A stretch of DNA of 64,000 nucleotides from an uncultured Porphyromonadaceae bacterium (GTDB lineage: Bacteria > Bacteroidota > Bacteroidia > Bacteroidales > Muribaculaceae): positions 810 through 64,809 of the forward strand of contig CAMWRH010000005.1 of the NCBI GenBank assembly GCA_947176605.1. The letters are read 5' to 3'. The notes below the pieces were generated by a model. It saw nothing but the letters and a program-made list of their open reading frames with translations. It had not been told where the DNA came from and made no database searches. The translations under genes were made by a program, and so were the position numbers. Positions 48,406-57,672 of the stretch are shown piece by piece. Every line of letters starts with the position of its first letter. Position 1 is the stretch's first letter.

Positions 48406-49397
48406 CGGCCCACTCATATACCCCGACAGTGAAAAAGAAGATAGGTATAATAGGGGGTGCCGGATATACGGCCGGAGAGCTCCTGCGCCTGCTCATCAAC
48501 CATCCCGAAGTGGAAGTGAGCTTCGTGCACTCCTCAAGCAATGCCGGGCGCCCGGTGGCCGAAGTGCACCAGGACCTGATAGGGGAGACAGACCTCGTAT
48601 TCTCCGACACCCATCCGCTCGACGGAATCGACATCCTCTTCCTCTGCCAGGCTCACGGACAGAGCCGCCGCTTCTGGGAAGAGAATCCCCGCCCGGCCGG
48701 ACTCAAGGTAATCGACCTGGCGCAAGACTACCGCGACCAGAGCTGCGGCTACGTATACGGTCTGCCCGAAGTCAACCTCCACCGCATAGCCGGCGCCGAC
48801 TCCGTGGCCAACCCCGGATGCTTCGCCACCGCCCTGCAGCTATCGCTGCTGCCGCTGGCCGCCGCCGGACTGCTCCCCGACAGCGGCATCGAAATCACAG
48901 CCCTCACGGGGAGCACCGGTGCCGGAGTAAAGCCCGGAGCCACCACGCATTTCAGCTGGAGAAGCGGCAACATATCGGTCTACAAACCCTTCACCCACCA
49001 GCATCTCACCGAAATCGGCATGACACTGCGCCAGCTGCAGCCCGGATTCGGCGGCGAGATACACTTCGTGCCCGTGCGCGGCGACTTCGCCCGTGGCATA
49101 TTCGCCATGACGCATCTCGACTGCCCGCTGTCGGAGCAGGAAGTGGTGAAACTCTACAAAGACTACTATGCCGCGGCCCCCTTCGCAGTGGTAAGCGACG
49201 CTCCGGTATCGCTCAAACAGGCCGTCAACACCAACAAGGCCGTGATACATGTCGAAAAACATGGCTCACGCCTCCTTATCACCTGCGCCGAAGACAACCT
49301 GCTCAAAGGAGCCTCCGGCCAGGCAGTGCAGAATATGAACATAATGGAAGGATGGGATCAGCGCTCCGGCCTGAATCTCAAGCCTTCGGCATTCTGA
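48402..49397 (+). CDS. argC: N-acyl-gamma-glutamyl-phosphate reductase
   Basis: IIGGAGYTAGEL, VANPGCFAT and EDNLLKGASGQAVQNMN; ATGA overlap with argG. Confidence 0.96.
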   Translation: MTAHSYTPTVKKKIGIIGGAGYTAGELLRLLINHPEVEVSFVHSSSNAGRPVAEVHQDLIGETDLVFSDTHPLDGIDILFLCQAHGQSRRFWEENPRPAGLKVIDLAQDYRDQSCGYVYGLPEVNLHRIAGADSVANPGCFATALQLSLLPLAAAGLLPDSGIEITALTGSTGAGVKPGATTHFSWRSGNISVYKPFTHQHLTEIGMTLRQLQPGFGGEIHFVPVRGDFARGIFAMTHLDCPLSEQEVVKLYKDYYAAAPFAVVSDAPVSLKQAVNTNKAVIHVEKHGSRLLITCAEDNLLKGASGQAVQNMNIMEGWDQRSGLNLKPSAF

Positions 49398-49402
49398 ACG
49401 AG

Positions 49403-50533
49403 ATGGAATTATTTGATGTATATTCGCTATACGACATCGAGCCGGTGCGCGGCAGCGGCTCCTACGTCTACACAGCCGACGGCACCGAATACCTCGACCT
49501 CTACGGAGGACACGCCGTAATCTCCATCGGCCATGCCCATCCGCACTACGTGCAGGCCATTGCCGACCGGGCCGCGCGCCTCGGCTTTTACTCCAATTCG
49601 GTGCGCAATTCGCTTCAGGAGCAGTTGGCACGGCGTCTGGGTGCCGTATCGGGATACCCTGAGTACCGGCTATTTATGTGCAACTCCGGTGCAGAAGCCA
49701 ACGAGAACGCCGTAAAACTCGCCTCCTTCATCACCGGGCGGCAGAAGATACTGGCAATAAGCCAGGCCTTCCACGGACGCACCTCCGGAGCGGTGGCCCT
49801 CACCGACAACCCGGCTATACGCGCACCCTTCAACGTGACCCCCAACGTAGACTTCATCCCCCTCAACGACTGCGCCGCTGCCGCCGGGGCCCTTGCCTCA
49901 CGCGAATATGCCGCCGTGATTGCGGAGGGGATTCAGGGAGTCTCCGGCATACACGAACCCTCGGCGGAATTCCTCCAGACACTCCGCCGCGAGTGCGACC
50001 GCACCGGCACACTGCTTATACTCGACGAGATACAGTCAGGCTACGGCCGCACCGGGCGCTTCTTCGCCCATCAGGAGGCCGACGTGCGCCCCGACATCAT
50101 AACCTGTGCCAAAGGTATCGCCAACGGTTTCCCGGCAGCCGCCGTACTGATTGCCCCCTCGATTCCGGCCCGCAAGGGGATGCTCGGCACTACCTTCGGA
50201 GGCAATCACCTCGCCTGTGCCGCAGCTCTGGCAGTGCTCGACGTAATAGAGCAGGAGCGCCTTGTGGAGAATGCCGCCGCCGTCGGAGCCCATCTCATCG
50301 GAGAATTGCGACGTATGCCCAAAGTGACCGATGTGCGCGGCCGCGGACTGATGATCGGCATGGAGGTCGACGGAATGGAAGGCTCCGAACTGCGCCGCCG
50401 CCTGCTCTTCGACCGCCACATCTTCACCGGCGGAGCCGGACAGTACACCGTCCGTCTGCTCCCGGCCCTCAGCCTCTCCATGGCCCAGGCCGACCGATTC
50501 CTTGAAGAATTCAGCAAGGAAATCAACAAATAA
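49403..50533 (+). CDS. argD: Acyl-ornithine aminotransferase (class III)
   Basis: YLDLYGGHAVISIGH, CNSGAEANE, FHGRT, DEIQSGYGRTG, AKGIANG and GTTFGGN. Confidence 0.95.
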   Translation: MELFDVYSLYDIEPVRGSGSYVYTADGTEYLDLYGGHAVISIGHAHPHYVQAIADRAARLGFYSNSVRNSLQEQLARRLGAVSGYPEYRLFMCNSGAEANENAVKLASFITGRQKILAISQAFHGRTSGAVALTDNPAIRAPFNVTPNVDFIPLNDCAAAAGALASREYAAVIAEGIQGVSGIHEPSAEFLQTLRRECDRTGTLLILDEIQSGYGRTGRFFAHQEADVRPDIITCAKGIANGFPAAAVLIAPSIPARKGMLGTTFGGNHLACAAALAVLDVIEQERLVENAAAVGAHLIGELRRMPKVTDVRGRGLMIGMEVDGMEGSELRRRLLFDRHIFTGGAGQYTVRLLPALSLSMAQADRFLEEFSKEINK

Positions 50534-50551
50534 ATACTGACCACACTCTAT

Positions 50552-50619
50552 GGCATCCCCGCATCCCGGCTCCACCATCCGGTAAAACCGGAAAAAAGCG
50601 GGGTGGAGGCGGGGATGCC
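50552..50619 (+). other. Long intergenic stem-loop between argD and argF'
   Basis: GGCATCCCCGC/GCGGGGATGCC outer stem with TCCACC/GGTGGA and CCGG/CCGG inner stems. Confidence 0.6.
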
Positions 50620-50645
50620 GAAACATCATAATAATTCTACGACAG

Positions 50646-51602
50646 ATGAAAAAATTCACTTGTGCAGCCGATATCGGCCCGATTGAGAAAGCCGTGGCCG
50701 ATGCCATGCGTATTAAAGCTGACCGCTTCGCCTGGACCGGACTGGGGCGCAACAAGACCCTGATGATGGTATTCTTCAATTCATCACTCCGCACACGCCT
50801 CTCCACACAGAAGGCAGCCATGAATCTGGGTATGAACGTGATAGTGCTCGACGTCAACCAGGGCGCATGGAAGCTCGAGACCGAGCGCGGCGTAATCATG
50901 GATGGCGACAAAGCCGAGCATCTGCTTGAGGCAATCCCCGTGATGGGTTGCTATTGCGACATCATCGGAGTGCGCGCCTTTGCCGGACTCACCGACCGCG
51001 ACGACGACTATAGCGAAAAGGTAATCAATCAGTTCATACAGTATTCCGGTCGCCCGGTTTTCAGCATGGAGGCCGCTACGGGGCATCCGCTGCAGGGTTA
51101 TGCCGATCTGATCACAATCGAGGAATTCAAGACCAAACCCCGTCCGAAGGTGGTGCTCACATGGGCGCCCCATCCCCGCGCGTTGCCCCAGGCAGTGCCC
51201 AACTCCTTCGCCCAATGGATGCTCGCCGCCGATTACGACCTGGTCATCACACACCCCGAAGGTTACGAACTGTGTGAAGACTTCACCCGAGGCGCGCGTA
51301 TAGAATACGACCAGCGCCGCGCCTTCGAAGGGGCCGACTTCATATATGCCAAAAACTGGTCGGCATACAGTGGCGACAACTACGGCAAGATCCTCTCCAC
51401 CGACCGCGACTGGACCGTCGATGCCGCCAAGATGGCCCTGACCGACAATGCCTACTTCATGCACTGCCTGCCGGTGCGCCGCAACATGATCGTCACCGAC
51501 GAGGTGATCGAATCCGACCGCAGTCTGGTGATACCCGAAGCCGCCAACCGTGAGATTTCAGCGCAGGCCGTACTGGCGCGTATGCTCGAATCGCTAAAGT
51601 GA
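50646..51602 (+). CDS. argF': N-succinylornithine carbamoyltransferase (ArgF')
   Basis: FFNSSLRTR, GAWKLE, DGDKAEH, WAPHPRALPQAV and HCLPVRRN, closely matching the Bacteroides fragilis-type SOTCase as I recall it. Confidence 0.9.
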   Translation: MKKFTCAADIGPIEKAVADAMRIKADRFAWTGLGRNKTLMMVFFNSSLRTRLSTQKAAMNLGMNVIVLDVNQGAWKLETERGVIMDGDKAEHLLEAIPVMGCYCDIIGVRAFAGLTDRDDDYSEKVINQFIQYSGRPVFSMEAATGHPLQGYADLITIEEFKTKPRPKVVLTWAPHPRALPQAVPNSFAQWMLAADYDLVITHPEGYELCEDFTRGARIEYDQRRAFEGADFIYAKNWSAYSGDNYGKILSTDRDWTVDAAKMALTDNAYFMHCLPVRRNMIVTDEVIESDRSLVIPEAANREISAQAVLARMLESLK

Positions 51603-52390
51603 CCCATATCCGCCATATGATCAACATAGTAAAGATCGGGGGCAACGTAATCGACGACCCCGCACTGCTCGACACATTCCTTCGCGAGTTTGCCGCAATG
51701 GAGGGGGCGAAGGTGCTGGTGCACGGCGGAGGCAAGGAAGCCTCCCGCCTGAGCCGCGGCATGGGTATCGAACCCGTGATGATAGGAGGGCGCCGCGTCA
51801 CCGACCGCCCGACGCTCGATATAGTGACGATGGTATATGCCGGACTCATCAACAAGCGCATCGTGGCCATGCTTCAGTCCATGGGGTGCAATGCCGTAGG
51901 ACTCTCCGGAGCCGACGGCAACGTCATCCCTGCCCGCAGGCGCAGTCCCGAACCCGTGGATTACGGCTATGTCGGCGATATAGATCCGGCTGAAGTGGAT
52001 GCCGAATGGATAGAGGCGCTGGTGGATTCGGGGCGTGTGCCGGTGTTCTGCGCCCTGTGTCACGACCGCGCCGGATCGATACTCAACTGCAACGCCGACT
52101 CGATTGCCGCCGCAGTGGCGCAGGCTCTCTCCCGCAAGCAGACCACCCGGCTCACATACTGCTTCGAAAAACCGGGAGTGCTCGCCGACATTGACGATGA
52201 TTCATCCGTCATACCCCTCGTGACCCCGGAAATATTCGGCCGCCTCAAGGCCGACGGTACCGTAGGAAGCGGGATGCTCCCCAAGCTCGAGAACGCCCTG
52301 CTCTCGGCATCACACGGAGTGGGAGAAGTGCGCATATGCCGCGCAGAAGACCTCGGCGGCAACGGCGGTACATTCATACGCCTTGACTGA
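51599..52390 (+). CDS. argB: N-acylglutamate kinase
   Basis: VKIGGN, VLVHGGG, RRVTD, NCNADSIA and GMLPKL. Confidence 0.95.
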   Translation: MTHIRHMINIVKIGGNVIDDPALLDTFLREFAAMEGAKVLVHGGGKEASRLSRGMGIEPVMIGGRRVTDRPTLDIVTMVYAGLINKRIVAMLQSMGCNAVGLSGADGNVIPARRRSPEPVDYGYVGDIDPAEVDAEWIEALVDSGRVPVFCALCHDRAGSILNCNADSIAAAVAQALSRKQTTRLTYCFEKPGVLADIDDDSSVIPLVTPEIFGRLKADGTVGSGMLPKLENALLSASHGVGEVRICRAEDLGGNGGTFIRLD

Positions 52391-53546
52391 TATAAAATTA
52401 ATCCACGACATGACTGCCATCGACACAGCGACCTACAGCTCCACGCACAGTGAAGACCTCAAATTGGCCATCGCGCAGCTGAGCCGCCTTATAGCCACAC
52501 CCTCCTTCTCACGCGAAGAAGAGGGCACCGCAGCCATATGGCACGAATGGCTCTCCGGGGAGCTGGCACTCCCGGGAGTGGAGCGGTTTGAGAACAATGT
52601 GATGGCTGTAGCGCCGGGGTTCGACCCGGCGCGCCCCACACTGATGCTCAATTCCCACCACGACACCGTACGCCCGGCATCCTCATATACACGCGACCCC
52701 TTCGCTCCCGAAATCGCGGGCGACCGCCTGTACGGACTGGGGAGCAACGATGCCGGAGCCTCCGGAGTGACCCTCGCCCTTGCATTCCGCCGGATGGTGC
52801 GATCCGGCAGCAACCTCCCGTTTAATCTCCTGCTCGCCATCACGGCAGCCGAAGAAGTGATGGGGGAGAAGGGGATGCGTGCGTTCCTGCCGATGCTCGC
52901 CCGCAGAGGAATGTCGCCCGACATGGTAATCGTAGGCGAACCCACCGGGATGCAGCCCGCCATCGCCGAGCGCGGACTGCTCGTGCTCGACTGCGAGACT
53001 CCCGGTGTGTCGGGCCATGCCGCCCGCCGCGAGGGAGTCAACGCAATCTACCGCGCCATAGACGACATAGAGCGGCTGCGCGGCTTCGCCCCCGAAAAGG
53101 TAAGCGACGTGCTGGGGCCTATCCGCGTAAGCGTCACCATGATCGAAGCCGGAACGCAGCATAACGTAGTGCCCGACCGCTGCCGCTACGTGGCCGACGT
53201 GCGCACCACCGATGCCTATACCAACGAAGAGACCGTCAGCCTCCTGCAGCAAACCGTGCGCTGGAGCCGGCTCACACCGCGCTCCACCCGCGTGCATGCC
53301 TCAGTGATACCTCACTCGCATCCGCTCGTGAAAGCCTCGGTGGCACTGGGACTGACCCCCTTCGTGTCACCCACCACATCCGACATGGCGCTCATGCACG
53401 GTATCCCTTCGCTCAAGATCGGACCCGGAGAGTCGGCCCGTTCGCATTCCGCCGACGAATACGTGAAAATCAGCGAGATGGCAGAGGCACTCGACATATA
53501 TCCCCGCCTTATTCAGTTCACAGCCTCCCAAATGGCCCGGGATTGA
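52383..53546 (+). CDS. argE: M20 family deacylase (ArgE-like; probable acyl-citrulline/ornithine deacylase)
   Basis: NSHHDTV, GLGSNDAG, AEEV, GEPT, GHAAR and SHSADE. Confidence 0.88.
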   Translation: MTDIKLIHDMTAIDTATYSSTHSEDLKLAIAQLSRLIATPSFSREEEGTAAIWHEWLSGELALPGVERFENNVMAVAPGFDPARPTLMLNSHHDTVRPASSYTRDPFAPEIAGDRLYGLGSNDAGASGVTLALAFRRMVRSGSNLPFNLLLAITAAEEVMGEKGMRAFLPMLARRGMSPDMVIVGEPTGMQPAIAERGLLVLDCETPGVSGHAARREGVNAIYRAIDDIERLRGFAPEKVSDVLGPIRVSVTMIEAGTQHNVVPDRCRYVADVRTTDAYTNEETVSLLQQTVRWSRLTPRSTRVHASVIPHSHPLVKASVALGLTPFVSPTTSDMALMHGIPSLKIGPGESARSHSADEYVKISEMAEALDIYPRLIQFTASQMARD

Positions 53547-53589
53547 CCTCCCGCGCCACAGGCACATAATAAAAAATCCGAAAAGACAA

Positions 53590-54888
53590 ATGGGAAAACA
53601 GTTATGGAACAAGGGCTTCGACCCTGACGCAAATATAGAAAACTTCACCGTAGGACGCGACCGCGAACTCGATCTGCGTCTGGCACGCTACGACGTGCAG
53701 GGCTCAATGGCCCATATCCGTATGCTTGAGCATATCGGACTCCTCAGCGCCGACGAACTGCAGCTTCTCCTCCCCGCCCTGCAGGATATACTTGACTCGA
53801 TCGAACGTGGTGAATTCGTGATAGAAGACGGCGTGGAGGATGTGCACTCGCAGGTAGAACTGCTCCTTACCTCACGCCTCGGCAGCGTAGGGAAAAAGAT
53901 ACACTCCGGGCGCTCGCGCAACGACCAGGTGCTCGTAGACCTCAAACTCTTCTTCCGCGACGAACTGAAACGCATCTCCGAGGCCGTGTCGCGCCTCTTC
54001 GACCGCCTGACCTCCCTTTCGGAAGAGCACCGCGACAAGCTCATGCCCGGCTACACGCACCTGCAGGTGGCGATGCCCTCGTCGTTCGGCCTATGGTTTG
54101 GCGCATATGCCGAGTCGCTGACCGACGACATGTTCATGATCATAGCCGCCTACGAGACGGCCAACCAGAATCCCCTCGGCTCAGCCGCCGGCTACGGCTC
54201 TTCCTTCCCCCTGGACCGCGAGATGACCACCCGCCTGCTCGGATTCGACCGCCCGCATTACAACGTAGTGGCCGCCCAGATGAGCCGTGGCAAGACGGAG
54301 CGCGCCGTAGCCGCCGCCGTAGCCGCCGTGGCCTCCACACTCGGCCATCTCGCCATGGACGTGTGCATGTGGATGTGCGGCAACTTCAGATTCATCAGCT
54401 TCCCCGACAATCTCACCACAGGCTCCAGCATCATGCCTCATAAAAAGAATCCCGACGTATTCGAGATCATGCGCGGCAAATGCAACCGCCTGCAGTCCAT
54501 CCCCAACGAACTCGCCCTGCTTACCGCCAACCTCCCCTTAGGCTACAACCGCGACCTGCAGCTGATGAAAGACATACTCTTCCCCGCCACCTCCGAACTC
54601 GTGGAATGCCTCGACATGGCCGACTTCATGCTCAGCCACATCAGCGTGCGCGCCGACATACTCGACGACCCGCAGTACGACTACATCTTCACCGTCGAAG
54701 ACGTCAACCGCCTCGTGCTCGAAGGGATGCCCTTCCGCGATGCCTACCGCGAAGTGGGAGTGGCCGTGCAGGAAGGGCGTTACCGCCCGACGCGCAGCGT
54801 CAGCCACACCCATCTTGGCAGCATCGGCAACCCCGCCAACGACCGCATCCGGGCCAAAATGGCCGATCTCCTGGCACGCCTCAAATAA
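53590..54888 (+). CDS. argH: Argininosuccinate lyase
   Basis: HSGRSRNDQV, MPGYTHLQ, GSSIMPHKKNPD and GMPFRDAY. Confidence 0.97.
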   Translation: MGKQLWNKGFDPDANIENFTVGRDRELDLRLARYDVQGSMAHIRMLEHIGLLSADELQLLLPALQDILDSIERGEFVIEDGVEDVHSQVELLLTSRLGSVGKKIHSGRSRNDQVLVDLKLFFRDELKRISEAVSRLFDRLTSLSEEHRDKLMPGYTHLQVAMPSSFGLWFGAYAESLTDDMFMIIAAYETANQNPLGSAAGYGSSFPLDREMTTRLLGFDRPHYNVVAAQMSRGKTERAVAAAVAAVASTLGHLAMDVCMWMCGNFRFISFPDNLTTGSSIMPHKKNPDVFEIMRGKCNRLQSIPNELALLTANLPLGYNRDLQLMKDILFPATSELVECLDMADFMLSHISVRADILDDPQYDYIFTVEDVNRLVLEGMPFRDAYREVGVAVQEGRYRPTRSVSHTHLGSIGNPANDRIRAKMADLLARLK

Positions 54889-55006
54889 AGCGTCAGCCAC
54901 GTCCGGCCTCCTTACGGCGCAGAGGGGTAGGGACGTGCGGAAAAGGGGATTCACCCATGGTTTACACGAAATTTACGTTAATTTTCTCAGTTTGAGTCCG
55001 TAAAAT

Positions 55007-55037
55007 TTTGATTTTTCGGAATTTCAAGCTATCTTTG
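55007..55037 (+). promoter_or_regulatory. Sigma-A promoter restarting the ribosomal cluster at rpsH
   Basis: TTTG (55007-55010), 19-nt spacer, TATCTTTG (55030-55037). Confidence 0.8.
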
Positions 55038-55145
55038 CAGAGTTTTTGAGCTTATTGGCAGAGTAACGCCTGCCGATAGGCCCTTAAACATATGAGAGTA
55101 TTAAATATTGTTCAGTACATCTGAATCAATTTAACAACCAAAACA

Positions 55146-55544
55146 ATGACTGATCCAATAGCAGATTATCTGACTAGATTGAGAAACGCCATCCACGCCG
55201 GACACCGCGTGGTTGAGGTTCCCTCATCGAAGATGAAAAGGGAGATCACAAAAATCCTTTTCGACCAGGGCTACATCCTGAACTACAAGTTTGAGGAAGG
55301 CCAGAATCCGCAGGGCACTATCAAGATCGCCCTCAAGTATGATCCCATCGAGAAGGTAAGCGCAATCAAGAACCTTCACCGCGTATCGCGTCCGGGTCTC
55401 CGCCAGTACACCGGTTACAAGGAGATGCCCCGTGTGCTCAACGGTCTGGGTATCGCAATCCTCAGCACCTCACAGGGTGTGATGACCAACAAGGAAGCCA
55501 AAGAGAAGAAAATCGGCGGCGAAGTGCTGTGTTACGTATATTAA
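55146..55544 (+). CDS. rpsH: 30S ribosomal protein S8
   Basis: MTDPIADYLTRLRNA...SRPGLR...STSQGVMT...IGGEVLCYV. Confidence 0.99.
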   Translation: MTDPIADYLTRLRNAIHAGHRVVEVPSSKMKREITKILFDQGYILNYKFEEGQNPQGTIKIALKYDPIEKVSAIKNLHRVSRPGLRQYTGYKEMPRVLNGLGIAILSTSQGVMTNKEAKEKKIGGEVLCYVY

Positions 55545-55562
55545 TCAAAGGAGGTATCGAAT

Positions 55563-56117
55563 ATGTCAAGAATAGGTAAAGCCCCGATTGAGATACCTGC
55601 CGGCGTAACAGTCCAGGTAAATGGCAATGTAGTGACAGTAAAAGGCCCCAAGGGCGAGCTGTCGCAGGAAGTAAATCCCGATATCAATGTAGCTGTAGAG
55701 GATGGCCACGTAGTAGTGACCCGTCCCGACGACGAGCGTGCTCATCGCTCGATGCACGGCCTGTACCGCGCCCTGATCCACAACATGGTGGTAGGTGTGT
55801 CGGAAGGCTACAAGAAGGAGATGGAGCTCGTAGGTGTAGGTTACCGCGCCACATCTACCGGCCAGGTGCTTGAGCTTGCCCTCGGCTTCTCACACGCCAT
55901 CTTCATCAAGCTTCCCAAAGAAATCAAGGTGGAGGCTAAGTCTGAGCGTAACAAAAACCCCCTCATCATCCTTGAGAGCGCCGACAAGCAGCTCCTCGGC
56001 CAGGTATGCGCCAAGATCCGCTCGCTGCGCAAGCCGGAGCCGTACAAGGGTAAAGGTATCAAGTTTGTGGGCGAGATCATCCGCCGCAAATCGGGTAAGT
56101 CAGCTAACGCGAAATAA
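55563..56117 (+). CDS. rplF: 50S ribosomal protein L6
   Basis: MSRIGKAP...VKGPKGEL...RKPEPYKGKGI. Confidence 0.99.
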   Translation: MSRIGKAPIEIPAGVTVQVNGNVVTVKGPKGELSQEVNPDINVAVEDGHVVVTRPDDERAHRSMHGLYRALIHNMVVGVSEGYKKEMELVGVGYRATSTGQVLELALGFSHAIFIKLPKEIKVEAKSERNKNPLIILESADKQLLGQVCAKIRSLRKPEPYKGKGIKFVGEIIRRKSGKSANAK

Positions 56118-56133
56118 TTAAAACAGCACAGAA

Positions 56134-56475
56134 ATGGTATCTAAGATAGATAGAAGAAATAAAATCAAGACCCGTATCCGCGGCAAGATTTCCGGCACAG
56201 CCGAGCGTCCGCGCATGAGCGTGTTCCGCTCCAACAAGGGCATCTACGTGCAGGTAATCGACGATCTGGCCGGTGTGACACTGGTAGCAGCCTCCTCCAA
56301 GGGTCTTGAGGGTGGCACAAAGAGCGAAGTCGCTGCCAAAGTAGGCGCTGAAATCGCCAAGAAGGCACTCGAGAAAGGTATCAGCACAGTGGTATTCGAC
56401 CGTAACGGTTACCTTTTCCACGGACGCGTAAAATCTTTGGCCGACGCAGCTCGCGAGGCCGGTCTTAAATTTTAA
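56134..56475 (+). CDS. rplR: 50S ribosomal protein L18
   Basis: [19 protein letters not shown]...[13 protein letters not shown]. Confidence 0.99.
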   Translation: MVSKIDRRNKIKTRIRGKISGTAERPRMSVFRSNKGIYVQVIDDLAGVTLVAASSKGLEGGTKSEVAAKVGAEIAKKALEKGISTVVFDRNGYLFHGRVKSLADAAREAGLKF

Positions 56476-56483
56476 AGGAAATC

Positions 56484-57002
56484 ATGGCTAAGAACAATAG
56501 AGTTAAATCCACAAATGATTTGGAATTGAAAGACCGTCTTGTGGCCATCAACCGTGTGACCAAAGTCACCAAGGGCGGACGCGCTTTCAGTTTTGCAGCC
56601 ATCGTCGTAGTCGGCAATGAAGACGGCGTAATCGGCTGGGGCCTTGGTAAGGCCAACGAGGTGCAGGCAGCCATCGCCAAGGGCGTGGAGACTGCGAAAA
56701 AGAACCTCATCCGCGTGCCCATCCACAAAGGCACAATCCCCCACGAGCAGAGCGCCAAGTTCGGCGGCTCCCGCATCTTCCTCAAGCCCGCATCCGAGGG
56801 TACCGGTGTAAAGGCCGGCGGCGCTATGCGTGCAGTGCTTGAGAGCGTAGGTATCACCGACGTGCTCGCAAAGTCAAAAGGCTCGTCCAACCCCCACAAC
56901 CTTGTGAAGGCCACAATCGAGGCTCTCAGCGAGCTGCGTTCACCCGCTCAGGTGGCAGCAGTACGCGGCATCCCGGTTGAGAAAGTGTTTAACGGCAAAT
57001 AA
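56484..57002 (+). CDS. rpsE: 30S ribosomal protein S5
   Basis: [11 protein letters not shown]...GTGVKAGG...SSNPHN. Confidence 0.99.
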   Translation: MAKNNRVKSTNDLELKDRLVAINRVTKVTKGGRAFSFAAIVVVGNEDGVIGWGLGKANEVQAAIAKGVETAKKNLIRVPIHKGTIPHEQSAKFGGSRIFLKPASEGTGVKAGGAMRAVLESVGITDVLAKSKGSSNPHNLVKATIEALSELRSPAQVAAVRGIPVEKVFNGK

Positions 57003-57013
57003 GATTAGAGACA

Positions 57014-57193
57014 ATGGCACAGATAGCAATCAAACAGATCAAGAGCCGTATCAACTGTCCGGCTGTGCAGAAACGCACACTCGACGCACTGGGTCTGCGC
57101 AAAATGAACCAGACTGTAGTGCATGAAGACAATGCTTCAATCCGCGGCATGGTGAAAGCCGTGCATCACCTTGTGGAAGTTGCAACCCTCTAA
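57014..57193 (+). CDS. rpmD: 50S ribosomal protein L30
   Basis: Not in the ORF track (59 aa). Manual translation: MAQIAIKQIKSRINCPAVQKRTLDALGLRKMNQTVVHEDNASIRGMVKAVHHLVEVATL. Confidence 0.97.
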   Translation: MAQIAIKQIKSRINCPAVQKRTLDALGLRKMNQTVVHEDNASIRGMVKAVHHLVEVATL

Positions 57194-57216
57194 ACTCTTA
57201 AAACCGCACTATAACA

Positions 57217-57663
57217 ATGGAACTTCATAATCTTCAACCCGCTCCTGGCAGCAACAAGAAAAACAAACGTGTGGGCCGTGGCCCGGGCAGCGGTTACGGT
57301 GGCACTTCGACCCGTGGTCACAAGGGTGCCAAATCTCGCTCCGGCTACAGCCGCAAGATCGGCTTCGAAGGTGGTCAGATGCCCCTTCAGCGCCGTGTGC
57401 CCAAATTCGGCTTCAAGAACATCAACCGTAAGGAGTACAAAGCCATCAATCTCGAGGCCCTCGAGGCTCTCGCAGCAGCCAAGAATCTTGAAAAGATCAC
57501 TGTGGCCGACCTGCGCGCAGCCGGCCTCGTGGCCAAGAACTGCCTCGTGAAGGTGCTTGGCAATGGCGCTCTGACACGCAAAATTGAAGTCGAGGCCGAT
57601 GCATTCTCTGCGAAAGCTGAGGAGGCTATCCAGGCTGCCGGCGGAAGCGTAATCAAAAAATAA
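57217..57663 (+). CDS. rplO: 50S ribosomal protein L15
   Basis: RVGRGPGSG.GGTSTRGHKG...FEGGQMPLQRRVPKFGF. Confidence 0.99.
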   Translation: MELHNLQPAPGSNKKNKRVGRGPGSGYGGTSTRGHKGAKSRSGYSRKIGFEGGQMPLQRRVPKFGFKNINRKEYKAINLEALEALAAAKNLEKITVADLRAAGLVAKNCLVKVLGNGALTRKIEVEADAFSAKAEEAIQAAGGSVIKK

Positions 57664-57672
57664 CGACTCAAA

